The notes beneath the pieces are model-generated. The model saw only the letters and a program-made list of their open reading frames with translations, was not told where the DNA came from and made no database searches. Shown here piece by piece: positions 23,042 through 34,857 of a stretch of 64,000 bases of DNA (its first letter is position 1; each line of letters begins with the position of its first letter). The stretch comes from Podarcis cretensis. Taxonomy: Eukaryota. The translations under genes and the position numbers were made by a program. Where the stretch lies: contig OX638150.1 of assembly GCA_951804945.1 (NCBI GenBank), positions 29,140,001-29,204,000 on the forward strand. The letters are read 5' to 3'.

Positions 23042-23599
23042 CTGAGCTCTGCCATCTTCTGAGGATGGGAGTCCTCCTCCTTTCAGGGAAGTGCACTGAG
23101 CTACAAACTGGATGTCCCGAGGCTGAATTTTGCCTCTGCCATGATCTCACTTTGTGGTCTTAGATGAGTCCGTCCCCCATTCCCACCTACCCCTCTCGCT
23201 CCCTAAAGGGACAAAGGTGTTTTTAGGAACTAGGCTTTGCAAGTCTGCACAGGCAAGAGCAGATCGAAACGCTACATCCTTCAAAGATACAGCTTTGCTG
23301 GAAGGACATTGTTGGGGAATCAAGAGGGAGGCAAGCAGTTGACCGTGGGTTTAGACTGCTGTCTGTGATGCTCAACCAGTGGCCAGCCAGAGATTCATTA
23401 TTGGTCTTGGTGAGCTAAGCAAACCCAATGAGGGCATATTTGGGTTTCTGCCCTGGCACATCTAGTCAGCCCTTTCCCACTCCCCGGCCCCATAGCTCCT
23501 GTTGGCCTGATCTGGGTCACAATGCATGAGCTCCCTTGGCCAGCCCATTGCTTCACGCCTTCCGCTGTGTAATCTTCGCTGGGCGTTTCTTTTGTCTAG

Positions 23600-23684
23600 T
23601 GACCTGGCGCTGCGGAACTGCTTACTCACGGCTGACCTGACAGTCAAAATCGGCGACTACGGCCTCTCTCACTGCAAATACAAA
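23600..23684 (+). CDS. AATK: AATK exon 8 equivalent (catalytic loop DLALRN, DYG motif)
   Basis: tag|T GAC CTG GCG...TAC AAA|gtaag. (S)[28 protein letters not shown]; HSD and DYG are typical of LMTK kinases. Confidence 0.97.
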
Positions 23685-24203
23685 GTAAGTCTGCTTTGGG
23701 GGCGGGAGCCAGACAGGGAGCACAAGCCAGTGTTGATGGTGGGGTTTGTGTTCAGGGCCCCTGCAAGGCTGATGTTGGGAGCAGCCTTCTTGGGGATGAG
23801 GGGCAACTTGGCTCTCTTGAGTGCAAACATTTTAAGGGGAGAAAAGGCAGGAGGAACAAGTGGTTGGCAAGCAGGACTGTGCCTGCTTCACCGGGGCATG
23901 ACCGTATGCAGGGACCTGCCAACATAAATCTGGAGGCGGGCTGGGAAGTGGGGATTGCGATTCTCCCAGCAACAGTGTGAACATGGCTTAGTGGAGACAG
24001 TCTTATTCTCCATCACCAGCGGTTCTTGGGTTGAGTGGACTAGGCCACCTTTATCATAGAATTGGAAGGGACTCGAAGGCTCATCTAGTTCCAAGACCCT
24101 GTAACATAGGAATCTCAGCTGAAGCATCCACAACAGGTCGCGATTGCTGTTTCTGTTGGTGCCAGTTTGACGTTGTCTTGCTTTGCCCCTGCATGCCTGG
24201 CAG

Positions 24204-24325
24204 GATGACTACTTTGTGACGGCTGACCAACTGTGGGTACCCCTGCGCTGGGTGGCGCCTGAACTCATCGACGAGGTGCATGGCAACCTACTTATTGTTG
24301 ACCAGACCAAGACCAGCAATATCTG
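24204..24325 (+). CDS. AATK: AATK exon 9 equivalent
   Basis: cag|GAT GAC TAC...ATC TG|gtgag. DDYFVTADQLWVPLRWVAPELIDEVHGNLLIVDQTKTSNIW. Confidence 0.97.
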
Positions 24326-25075
24326 GTGAGAAAATCAGGGGTGGTACGGGTGGGAAGGAGCTGTTTCTGGGGTGTGTGATCTTGGGAGGATGGGATAGCA
24401 GCAACGTGAACCCTTAGGCCAGATTTGGCGGGGGTGGGAGGGGAGCAGTGATTTTACTGAGCCAGGTAAACATCTCTTACAACATCTCATCACTAAGTAA
24501 TATTTTACAGTGGCTGTCATGCAAGTTCTATTTTGGTAGCCCCACAAGCCAGCGGGCAACTCCCTGGCTTAGGTTACATTTTGCTCGAAAACAACCGAAC
24601 GGAAACCTTTGGCCAGGAAAACTATGATTACAGTGCAACATGGGATATGCCTGCTGAGTTTGCTGCTCCTGTGTGATGTGCACCTTGGTAAATCTCCCTG
24701 CTGGGCTACTGTAGCACATTCTACATGGGACGACTACTGAAGGCGCAACTGGTCCAGAATGCAGCAGCTGGAATAGTTTCTCTTGGTAGCTACAAGGAGC
24801 ACGTATTTGGTTTTTATTAGCTGGTGTAATTGTTTGGGTTCCTTTCAGCTTATTTTCCCCTTCCCACAGTTTTACCCACATTTTCATTGTAATTTGATTC
24901 TGTGTCTCCCTCCCCCTTAAAGATAGTTGTCCCTTTTGAAGGATGAGCTGTGCATTTGCCAAACAAATAAATGCACCAGCCCTGGGTTCAAAGGGCCTGG
25001 GTGACCCGGCGCTCTCCCTCTATGGTGGTGCCACCTGCCACTCGTGTGTGCTTTGAGCCCCCTCTCTCTTGGCAG

Positions 25076-25225
25076 GTCCTTGGGCGTGACCATCTGGGAG
25101 CTCTTTGAGCTGGGCAGCCAGCCCTACTGCCACTACTCGGACCGGCAGGTGCTCACCTACGCCATCAAGGAGCAGCAGCTTAAACTTCCTAAGCCGCAGC
25201 TCCCACTCTCACTGTCTGACCGCTG
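25076..25225 (+). CDS. AATK: AATK exon 10 equivalent
   Basis: cag|G TCC TTG...CGC TG|gtgag. SLGVTIWELFELGSQPYCHYSDRQVLTYAIKEQQLKLPKPQLPLSLSDRW. Confidence 0.97.
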
Positions 25226-25890
25226 GTGAGTGAAGCAGGGCAATTGGGGGGAGGGCATGGCATCCCATGAGGGGCAGAGGTGGCCAGCAGGCACTAAAGG
25301 ACAAGCGTGGAGGAGGCTGGACCATAGGCAGGTGGGATCAGGTGTGTGGGTAGGCAGGTGCTGATAAACGTCTTTGGTGCCAGACTCCCATCTTAGCCCT
25401 CTTGCTAGCAAACAGCACACCAAGCCGCCAGGACTGGCAAATTGCATGCTTGGTAAATGTGTCCTTTAAGTAAGGAGAAAAAAGGCTGCCACTCAGTCAG
25501 TAGAGCACAAGCTTTGTTGGTAGCCCCACAAGCCAGTGGGCACTCTCTAGCATAGTTCTAGCACCTCTCAGGTGGGCGCCCAAGGGAGGCACTCATGGTG
25601 ACTATTTCTAGAAAAATAGTACTGATTACGCCCTTATTTCAGGCATTGTGATATATCGGTACATCACAATGTTTATCTGGGGATATATCATGACATTGAA
25701 AGCCAGACATTGCTCAGCCCTAGCGCAAGGTTAGCCACACCTGGTCTAATAAAAGGGTGGCTTTAGGGGCGTGCAGAAGAGAAAGAAGAGTTTCACTAGG
25801 GAATTAGGGTAGCAAGGAGCACGTTGCCAAGTAGGTTGCTGGCAAGGAGCAGATTGTAGATGGAGGAAGGCTGGCTCTGTGAATGACGTA

Positions 25891-26219
25891 CAGTGGTGCC
25901 TCGCAAGACGAAAAGAATCCGTTCCGCGAGTCTCTTCGTCTAGCGGTTTTTTCGTCTTGCGAAGCAAGCCCACTAGCGGCTTAGCGCTATTAGCGGCTTA
26001 GCGCTATTAGCGGCTTAGTGGCTTTTAGCGGATAAGCAGATAAGCGGCTTAGCGGCTTAGAAAAATGGGGGGGGGGAGTCGGAAAACTCGCAAGACATTT
26101 TCGTCTTGCGAAGCAAGCCCATAGGGAAATTCATCTTGCGAAGCACCTCCAAAACGGAAAACCCTTTCGTCTAGCGGGTTTTTCGTCTTGCGAGGCGTTC
26201 GTCTTGCGGGGCACCACTG
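25891..26219. mobile_element. Tc1/mariner/pogo-type MITE, family A copy 3
   Basis: TA|CAGTGGTGCCTCGCAAGACGAA...TTCGTCTTGCGGGGCACCACTG|TA. Ends 74 nt before AATK exon 11. Confidence 0.9.
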
Positions 26220-26293
26220 TAATTGCTGAGCGTTGTCCCCAGAGCAAAGGAGCAACTGAGTCTCACCTCTCCTCTGCTCTTCCCTATGCGCAG

Positions 26294-29261
26294 GTACGAG
26301 GTGATGCAGTTTTGCTGGCTGCAACCAGAGCAGCGCCCCACTGCTGAGGAGGTGCACCTCCTGCTCTCGTACCTGTGTGCCAAGGGAGCGTCAGAGGCTG
26401 AGGAGGAGTTTGAGCGGCGCTGGAACTCCATGAAGCCTGGCAGCGGCGGTGGTGGTGGTGGTGGAGGAGGAGGCTCGGGCTCGGGCTCCAGCCACGTGGG
26501 TGTTGAGCTGTCGTCCTTCCCCCTCCTGGAACATTTCTCCAACGATGGCGACGACGTCCTGACCGTCATGGAGACGAGCCACGGTCTGAACTTTGAGTAC
26601 AAGTGGGACCAAGGGAAGACTGAGCACCTGCCGGCCTCGGCCATGAGCCCTCGTGACGCCGCGCGTTACCACGAGCTCTACTACGCCACCAGCGGCAGCA
26701 GCGGCGGAAGAGGGGACGGCAGGCACCTCAGCCTGGGGGTCTCGCCCTCCTGCTACGAGTGCAAAGTGCAGGGCTGCCCTGGCCTGCACACGCCGGGTGT
26801 GGTGCCTGTGCTGAGCGCCCACAGCCCCTCCCTGAACAGCGAGTACTACATCCGCATCGAGGAGGCTGCCTCCGAGGGCAGCGGGACGGACCTTGACTAC
26901 ACCATGTGCTCCTACAGCCCGGAGTTTGGCCGCCCCTCCCACTGGCAAGCCAAGGAGGGCTGCTACGAGTCGAACAGCAGCCCCACTGTCTCGCTCACCA
27001 TGGAGCCCCTGCTGGGGCATTCTGGTGCACATGGGGACAGCGGCCACTGGGAGCCCCCTGACTACTACTCCTATGGAGGGCAAGGGGACAAGGAGGCATC
27101 GCCGTACTACGAGGCCTCCGTGAAAGACGGCCCCGAGGACTACCTGCTTGAGGAGCACGGGGCTTCCGAGTGGTCTGTGGCAGCTCCGCAGAAGAGCATA
27201 TTTGCTGACCCGCTTGGTGTTTCACCCTCGGTGGGCTACGCCTACAAGGAGGAGGCCGCAGTGGCAGACTCGGTCACTCTGGAACTGGGAGAGGAGGAGG
27301 AGGAGGAAGAGGAGGAGGAGGAGAACTCGTGTGGCAGCCCTGGGAGCGAAGGGGATGAGAACGACGGGTCCCCTTCCTCCAGCAAGCACTGGACGTCCAA
27401 CACCTCCGCCAATAACAACAGCTGCCACCTGCTGCCGCCGTGTGAGCCACCTGCCAAAGACAGCTGGTGCTACCGCCACATGATCACTTTCCAGGGGCTC
27501 ATGGCAGAGCCGCTGTGTACTGTACCCCGTGACGGCCCCACGCTAGGCATCGAGGACTTGCGAGCAGCCCTTTTGGGTGAGGAGCGGGTGGCATCATCTC
27601 AGACGGGCTCCCCCTGCCCAGACACCGACTTGCCTTCAGAGGAACGAGCATCAGCCGAGGTTGCCAGCGTAGAGATCGGCGCAGGCGATGCCACAAATCC
27701 CTTGACTGAGAGCGGGGTGGAGTGCCTCCTGGCCGCCACCACTCCACCACCACCAGGGGACACGGATTCAGTGGCGTCAACGCTGGAACCTGTCAACAAC
27801 ACGGACGGAGGGGATGCCACCGTGCCAGAGGAGGAGGCACTAGGAACTGGGGAAGACACCGTCGTGGTGGAAGAGGCCTCGGCCGAATGCTCCCCCAAGG
27901 TGCCACGAGAGATCAACGTGGACAGTGGCAAGAACACCACGACCAGTGAGCAGGACAGGACACCAGACAAGACGGTTTCGAGCGCCAGCTTCCCTGACTT
28001 GGATGAGGCCAGTGACGAGGACACGGCTGAGCTCACATCCGGGGTCTTCACTGACTTCCCAGTTGATTGTACCGAGCGGCAGGACGTCATCGTCACCCTC
28101 AAGTCCTTGCAGAAGCAGGTGGAGACCCCTGACTCGCTGGAGTCGCTGGACATCCCCTCCACCACCAGCTCCTGCGAGGCGTTCAGCCCCACAGCCTACG
28201 TGCCCTCGAGCCAGCCTAAAGCCTTAGACAGCGGCTACGACACAGAGAACTACGAGTCGCCTGAATTTGTCCTGAAGGAGCCTCACGAGCCACGGGAGCC
28301 CGAGGCCTTCACCCAGCTAGAAAAGGCACCAGACGGCCCCGAGGGCCCAGCCACAGAGCTGAGCCTCTCCAGCTCCTTCAGCGCTGAGCTGCAGGGCTTA
28401 GACGAGAAGAACCCTTACCGTGACTCGGCCTACTTCTCCGATTATGATACCGAAGGGGGGACTCGGGAGGATGGGGAAGGGGACAGTGATGGTTCTGAGG
28501 GGCACGAGCCAGAGCTCCCCCAGACGGACATTGGAGAGTTGGGGAAGGACCCCGCCCAAAATAGCTCAGGTGAGTCTCGGCCTACCTTGCTTGAGCCCAC
28601 TTGCCCACAGGAAGACGGCATGGGGTGTACCTTTCCTCCAGCGACTAGCGACCAGGGCACGGGGACAAGCCTGTCGCAAGAGCTGGTAGTGAATGGAGTC
28701 ACTGTTGCTGAGCTGGACTCATCCAGAGGCAAGAGCGGCGAGGCTGTTGCCCTGCCCCAGGTGCCGCCCCCCGCCACCAGGTCCTTTTTCTTGTCTCCTG
28801 TGGTTGCGAGTCCATATGTGCCGAATGGGGCTTGTGAGGGAGATGCGGGGACGGGGAGCAATGCAGTGGCAAGGGCAGCAGAGGAACCTGGGGAAGGGCA
28901 GGAACGATGCTGCCCTGGCGAGCAGCCCCAGAGCAGCCCTGGGCTCTCGCTGGACCTTTCGGCGGTGCCCTCTCGGCATCCGTCTGTCCCTGCCGAGCTC
29001 GAGGAAGAGGAGGACGACACGGAGGACAGCGATGAGTCGGACGAGGAGCTGCGGTGCTACAACATCCAGGACCAGAGCGAGGAGAGCGAGGAGGAGCTGC
29101 CCGCTGTGCCCATTGTGGTGGCCGAGAGCCACAGCGCCCGCAACCTGCGCAGCCTGCTCAAGATGCCCAGCCTGCTGGTGGAGACCTTCTGCGATGACCT
29201 CGAACGCAAGAAGAAAGCCGTCTCCTTCATTGAAGATGTCACCGTCTACCTCTTTGACCAG
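26294..29261 (+). CDS. AATK: AATK large exon 11 equivalent (end of kinase domain and long acidic tail with PP1-docking KAVSF)
   Basis: cag|G TAC GAG GTG ATG...TTT GAC CAG|gtgag, 2968 nt open. Contains YEVMQFCWLQPEQRP, DSGYDTENYESPEF, NPYRDSAYFSDYD, RSLLK and KKAVSF...VTVYLFDQ. Confidence 0.98.
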
Positions 29262-29810
29262 GTGAGTTGTTTTCTGGCGGCCTGGAGTTGACAACTGGAA
29301 GAGGCCCTCAAGTATGCTTTAGCATACTCACGAATCAAAAGTCGTGTGCCTCTTTCGTAGGAAACGCACATGTTTTGTGCATTCTGCAATTTCCATTCTG
29401 CAAGCAACAGAAACACACCACAGCTATAAGCACCTGCTGATCTCTTAACTGAGTATATTTTTCATCGTTTGTTTTGAAAGGTGCTGGTTACCAACATCCC
29501 CTAATCTTGATCGTAGTCTTGCAAGTCCGGACAAAGAAACCTTCATCCTAAGCCTCAGATCTTAATTTGAACATGATTCTCAGTTGTTGTTCTTTTTAAA
29601 AAAAACAGTTACATTAATATGGGAGTGACCCAAACTTTTTGCAAAGCCTGGGTTTGAGAGCGGGGGACGGGGGGGCGTTAATTATGGCAGCTACCCTGGG
29701 AGCAAATAAGGGTAGGAGGGTGTTTATTCCCTAGAGGGCAACCTGGATCCCAGAAGTTGCTCCCAAGAGACAATGAGATAATTATGCCCATTTGTATCTT
29801 CTGCGTGCAG

Positions 29811-29967
29811 GAAAGCCCCACGAAGGAACTGGCAGAGCATCCTTTCCCGGGAGTAACAGAACCTCCTGTGGCGCCACCTGTGCATAAGGACAGCAACGGT
29901 TCCCCAAGCCCAGCAGAGAGAACAGATGCCCCCAGCAGTTCGTCGGAAGGGAGCACCTCTGAAGAGA
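29811..29967 (+). CDS. AATK: AATK exon 12 equivalent
   Basis: cag|GAA AGC CCC ACG AAG GAA CTG...GAA GAG A|gtaag. ESPTKELAEHPFPG... Confidence 0.93.
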
Positions 29968-30294
29968 GTAAGGGTAGGAAACCAGAAGGGAACTGAGCAG
30001 GGCTCGGGGGGGGGGGGCTGATGTTTCTCCATCACGACACCTGCACAGGCTGCTTTTCTGAGCTCAGCCCATCTAGGTTTGCTTTTGGGTGCAATATTTT
30101 TGCACCGCTTCACTATGCAACGGAGATAGGGCACCCTCCAGATGTTGTCAACTCCCAGCAGCCATTATAGCCTTTGGGTTGGGTCAGACTTGGGGATGAT
30201 GGGAGCTGTAGTCGATGACAACTGGAAGGCCATGTGTCACTTGATTGGACAGATTATGGGCTGCGGATTCCAGCCTCTCTGCATTGCTCCAAGC

Positions 30295-30429
30295 CAGCGG
30301 TTCTCAACCTGTGGGTCCCCAGATGTTGGACTACAACTCCCATCATCCCTGAGCTCTGGCCTTGCTATCTAGGGGAGATGGGAGTTGTAGTTCAACAACA
30401 TCTGGGGACCCACAAGTTGAGAAAGGCTG
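30295..30429. mobile_element. Palindromic hAT-like MITE
   Basis: CAGCGGTTCTCAACCTGTGGGTCCCCAGATG...CATCTGGGGACCCACAAGTTGAGAAAGGCTG with perfect TSD CTCCAAGC. Confidence 0.9.
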
Positions 30430-30650
30430 CTCCAAGCAGCAGCTTATGTAAAGCAACCTGCATTTGGCCACTAGAGGGGGATGGAAATTGGTCCTGCATA
30501 GCAAGACCTTTTGGACTAGTAGGAACTTGGCGATGCAGCAATTGGCCGGGAGGCTAACAGGAAGCAGCAGAGGACAATTGGCCAAGCGGGGGTGGGGTGG
30601 GATTTTGGGCCCAGCTCCTTACCCTTCCACTGTGTGTCTTCCCTCTTCAG

Positions 30651-30884
30651 GTGGTGGTTTTGAGTGGGAAGATGACTTCCCCCTCATGGCAGTGAAAGCA
30701 TCCGTCATGCCATCGTTGACGTCGGCAGCACCTGAGCCTGCCCTCCCCAGACTGCCACCCACACTAGTGCCAGCTCAGAAGCAGGTGCTGCCCATCCAGT
30801 TTTCACGCTTCACAGTCTCACCTGCCCCCGTGTCGAGGTTCTCCATCACACACGTCACTGACTCGGACACCGGTTCTGTAGGAG
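30651..30884 (+). CDS. AATK: AATK exon 13 equivalent (FEWEDDF; two RFxV/I SPAK-type motifs)
   Basis: cag|GT GGT GGT TTT GAG TGG...GTA GGA G|gtaag. GGFEWEDDFPLM...FSRFTVSPAPVSRFSITHVTDSD. Confidence 0.96.
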
Positions 30885-32235
30885 GTAAGGGGCATTCAGG
30901 TAGCAGAAGAAGGGGGCCCCATTGAGAAGGGGTGAGCCCAGAAGTCTCAAGACTGTCGCTGTTTTATGTCCCTGGGTCTGGAGGAAATGTCTGTCAAGCC
31001 ACATGGCCTGGCCTAGATGTCACATGATCAACACCAGGAAATGGAGGAATAGTTAAACATTGAATAGGAAATGGGAGACAGTCCTGATTTCCGTGGGAAT
31101 GCTGTTGAGTGATTTTATTGATGGCACTTAATTGGACCACCAGTTCATAAGAATTAATTCTACCAAGGCCATGTTTATGTGAAATAATTTCAGTATACCA
31201 AATGCACTAAAAAAAACCACCCCACATTTTGTAATGTACACAGCAATTGAATAAGTGGAAACAACAGGGATATTATGGATCTGTTTTTAAGAGAGATCCT
31301 TTCTAAGAACCTTTTGTTCACATGGACCTTAGAGGCCCTTGCTCCCACTTCTGAGGTGCGAAAAAGAGTGTGATTGCTCGCTTTGTAGGAAGTAGGGCCA
31401 GGAGGATATTCCCCTACAACTTCACTGAATTGATCCATGGTTGTTGGGATGGACATTGTGTGTTCCTGTTCTCAAAATATAACTGAATGGGGGAAGACCT
31501 AAGACACTCCAGAATGAATAGCTCCTATGGAAGCATCTTAGGATGTTTGCCTATGTTCATTTGGGCACAGCCCGTTCTGTTAAACCCACTGGGATCATGT
31601 TCAGGTGCACCATCAGTGATAGGCAAGTGAAGGAACTACAGGCAAATTATGGACTCCTCTCTGGATTACAAGCTCTGGCCAGCGAGGGTCAGGTTGCAAA
31701 GCATAATCTGGGTCGGGTTCTGCAGTGGTGATTGGCGCCCATTGGGAGTGGTAGGGAGGACGGCAGGGAGGTCAACAGTAGGGGGAGCCAGAGCCAATGA
31801 CAGCAGCCTGGACTGGTGGTAAATAGCAAGGTAGGTAGATGTGGTTCGGCTGAGGGCAAAGCCCCATTCATCTACCTTCGCTAAGTGCCTGAGGCGGAAT
31901 TTTTTGAATGGGGCTTCTGTTTCCAAAGCAACATAAGATGCAAGCCTGCTTGCACTCTGTTCTATGTTGGGGAACCTTAATTGTATTCGTCCTTTAGAAA
32001 GCACACAAAAATCATTGTAGAGTGGGTTGAGGGGCTGGTGGCATGAACTGTAAAATGGGCTTAAGTCATGGGGTCCTGGGCTGGGCTGGGAATTTCTCTC
32101 TCCTTTGGTTGCATTTGATGCAGTAAGAATGGATTCTGCAACTTGGAAAGCTATGCAGAGGAGAGGGGGCGTACAAGGCCTCCTTTAAGGTTGTGACGCC
32201 CCATTACTAACTCTGCCTTTTCCCTTTTTTTTTAG

Positions 32236-32267
32236 GAAGCAGTGAAAACAGAGGCGACAGAGAATGA
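32236..32267 (+). CDS. AATK: AATK terminal coding exon (GSSENRGDRE*)
   Basis: TACTAAC branch point (32205-32211), long pyrimidine tract, tag|GA AGC AGT...GAA TGA, in correct phase 1. Confidence 0.85.
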
Positions 32268-34264
32268 GCTTAGCCATGGGCTTGATTTTGGACTTGCCCC
32301 TTACGGCATCAGTTTCTGCATCGGGGCTAAGGAGTAAGGACGGAGGCCCAGAACTTGGGTGGAGCAGAGAACTCCATGGTGATGGTGATGGGGGCTCACT
32401 CTTACTATATATATATTTTTCTTTTTTAAGAGGCGGATTTTATTGGACAGTTCTTAACTGCTGCTAGGCTGGAGATGCCCCACAGCGTGGCGATTTTGTG
32501 ACAAGCGTGTGGATGTGAGGGTGTGTGTGTGAGGGTGTGTGTGTGAGGGTGTGTGTATATGTACAGATAGACATATAGACCTATAGAACCTATAGCATTT
32601 AAAGGGTAGAGCTGTGACCTCGCTAACATCGCTGCCCCCTCCACCCAAGCCATTTTGATACCCCCCTCCTCCCTCTCCAGCTCATGCCTCTTGGATGTTT
32701 CGACCCACATTGGCTTCCCAAATTGTGGCACTGCCTTGAGATCACCACCACCTTTTCTTCCTCCTGCCTGTTCTTGTAAGCTTCTCATGTGTGCTTTCCA
32801 AGCCCAGCACGGAATAGAGAGCGGAAGCAAGAGAGCACATAGCCTTGCACCGTGTCATTCAGACATGCTTAAATTTGGCCCTTGAAAGCTGAGTACTCCT
32901 TCCTTCCTTCTCTCCCTTCCTTGTGACTGCAAGTCCCTTCTTGCCCCCCTCCCTCTACACCTGGCTGTGTCGGGTGTAGCCTGCTGTTCGGCTGCGCATC
33001 AAATAAGGGGAGAGGCGAGAGAATGGATGGTAGGCAAACTCAAGTGGCACGTAGGGGAGCTAGACGAGGTTCAGGTGGCAATTTCATTTGTGGGACGGGC
33101 TCAGTAGCCGTCTTCCCCTTCCACACTGTGTTTCTGCTGCCCCCTCCTTTTCCCACGTATAGATTCTGCAACTACTGCTGGCAGCTACTGCTGGCCCCCT
33201 GTTCAGCTGCACCACCACTGGAGCACTTAGTGGTATAGGAGCTGTGCCTTAATGGCTTTTGGTGCATCCTTTCTCCATCCTCGCCTTGGGGAAAGCAGCC
33301 TCCCTGCCTGTTAGGAAGTCTCCCTGCCTGTTCGGAAGTGGCTGCGTAAGCAGGAAAGAAAGGGGATGTGCAGGAAATGTAAGGTTAACTTAAAAAAACA
33401 AAACAAAACCCTATAAGCAGGGGGGAATTTTGTGGTGCAGGTGCCCACCTCTCTTCCCTGCCCCCCAACACACCCGCTGTAGATCCTTCCTATTTTCCCT
33501 GCCACAGTATTGTTTAGGTGGAGGCTTTCTGGGGTGCCAAGCTGTGTCCCGTCAGCAAGTGGGTAGGCTGGGTTTGTGTCAAAATGCCAATCTTGGTCAT
33601 GTGGGGAGAGACTCCAACTTCCCTTCGCAACTCCTAGAGGAACTTAACATACAGGAGGAGACTCCTGACAAGATGTGTAGCAAAAGCAGGTCAAACGGCT
33701 ACCGGGACTATTTTTGTAAAAAAAAAATTACCCTGCGCTATATCACCTGCCCTAACAGAGCGGCAGATTTAAGTTATTGTTGCCAAAGAGATGTAAAGAG
33801 TTAACTTTTATCAAGGTTTCTTGGGGATGGGGTGGGGGAAAGGATTGGAAGGAGGGAATCGGGGGAGGGGGGAAAGAGCATCATGGTTGCTTTCTTTTGT
33901 TTTTGGTTTAAATCTTTTATCATTTTAAACTTTAGGATAATTGTGCAATTTGGATTTGTGGGGGGGGGGGGAGGAAAAGTAATGATGGGGTCTACACTCG
34001 GGGGTTGTGGCCTTTTGGGGCTATAGACCAAACACAGATACTGGAAATCAAGGGTGCAGGTAGCAGCTGCTAACAACCGTATTTGTGGACCATTTCCAAA
34101 TAGGGGCTAGAGGACAACCATGGCCACAGGAGCCCGAGACAGCAGCAAAACATTCTTTTCTTAAGAGGCCTTTTTGTTCTTTCAAGTCTCTGGCTGTTTC
34201 TCTTGACATCAGGGCTGATGACTCTTCTCTTCTTTTTAGTTCCACAAGGGGCATAATGCACTTC

Positions 34265-34710
34265 TAAGAGCAGAAGGAGAGCACTTGCGGGTTCAGGCAG
34301 TGGCCCATCTAGTCCAACATCCTGTTCTCACAGTGGCCAACTAGATGCTGGTGGGAAACCTACAGGGCAGGGCATGAATACAGCAGTATTCTCCTCACTT
34401 GTGATTCCCCACTGCATCTGATGGTGGAGTCAGGGCATAGCCATGGTGGCTAGTAGCCACCGATAACCCTGACCTCCATGAATTTATCTCATCTTCTTTT
34501 AAAGCCACCCAGATTTGTGGCCGTCACTGCCTCTTGTGGGAGCAAGTGCCGTAGTCTTTAACGCTGCTGTGTGACGTAGTGCTTCTTTTTGTCTGTTCCG
34601 AATCTTGCAAAATTCAGCTTCATTTTCGAATTCTAGTATTATCAGAGGGTAATACTACTCTCCCCATCTGCTTTCTTCACACCATGCATAATTTTATGTA
34701 CCTCTTCTAT
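34265..34710 (-). mobile_element. CR1-like LINE 3' fragment (degenerate)
   Basis: GGCCCATCTAGTCCAACATCCTGTTCTCACAGTGGCCA...CTCCATGAATTTATCT-type sequence resembling reptile CR1 3' ends. Boundaries approximate. Confidence 0.55.
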
Positions 34711-34720
34711 TATATATCCT

Positions 34721-34857
34721 AGAATTGTAGACTTGGAAGGGACCTTCAGGATCATCTAGCCTTGAATTGCAGGAATATGCAGCTGCCCCATACGGGGATC
34801 GAACCTGCGACCTTGGCATTATCACCACCATGCTGTAACCAGCTGAGCTACCCAAGC
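34721..34857 (-). mobile_element. SINE with tRNA-Ile-like head and CR1-derived tail
   Basis: Minus strand TAGCTCAGCTGGTTACAGCATGGTG...GCCAAGGTCGCAGGTTCGATCCCCGTATGGGGCA, then CTAGATGATCC...GGTCCCTTCCAAGTCTACAATTCT. Confidence 0.7.

Noticed and set aside
21987-23599. miR-657 / miR-1250 (AATK-intronic in human)
   Set aside because: No recognisable match seen; to my knowledge these are not conserved outside mammals or primates.
26223-29291. 1022-aa ORF as a stand-alone single-exon gene
   Set aside because: It is AATK exon 11 (26294-29261) plus intronic read-through on both sides.
26391-29294. Long antisense and alternative-frame ORFs (255, 197, 192, 191, 190 aa)
   Set aside because: Expected shadows of a GC3-rich coding exon, with low-complexity translations and no independent splice or start signals.
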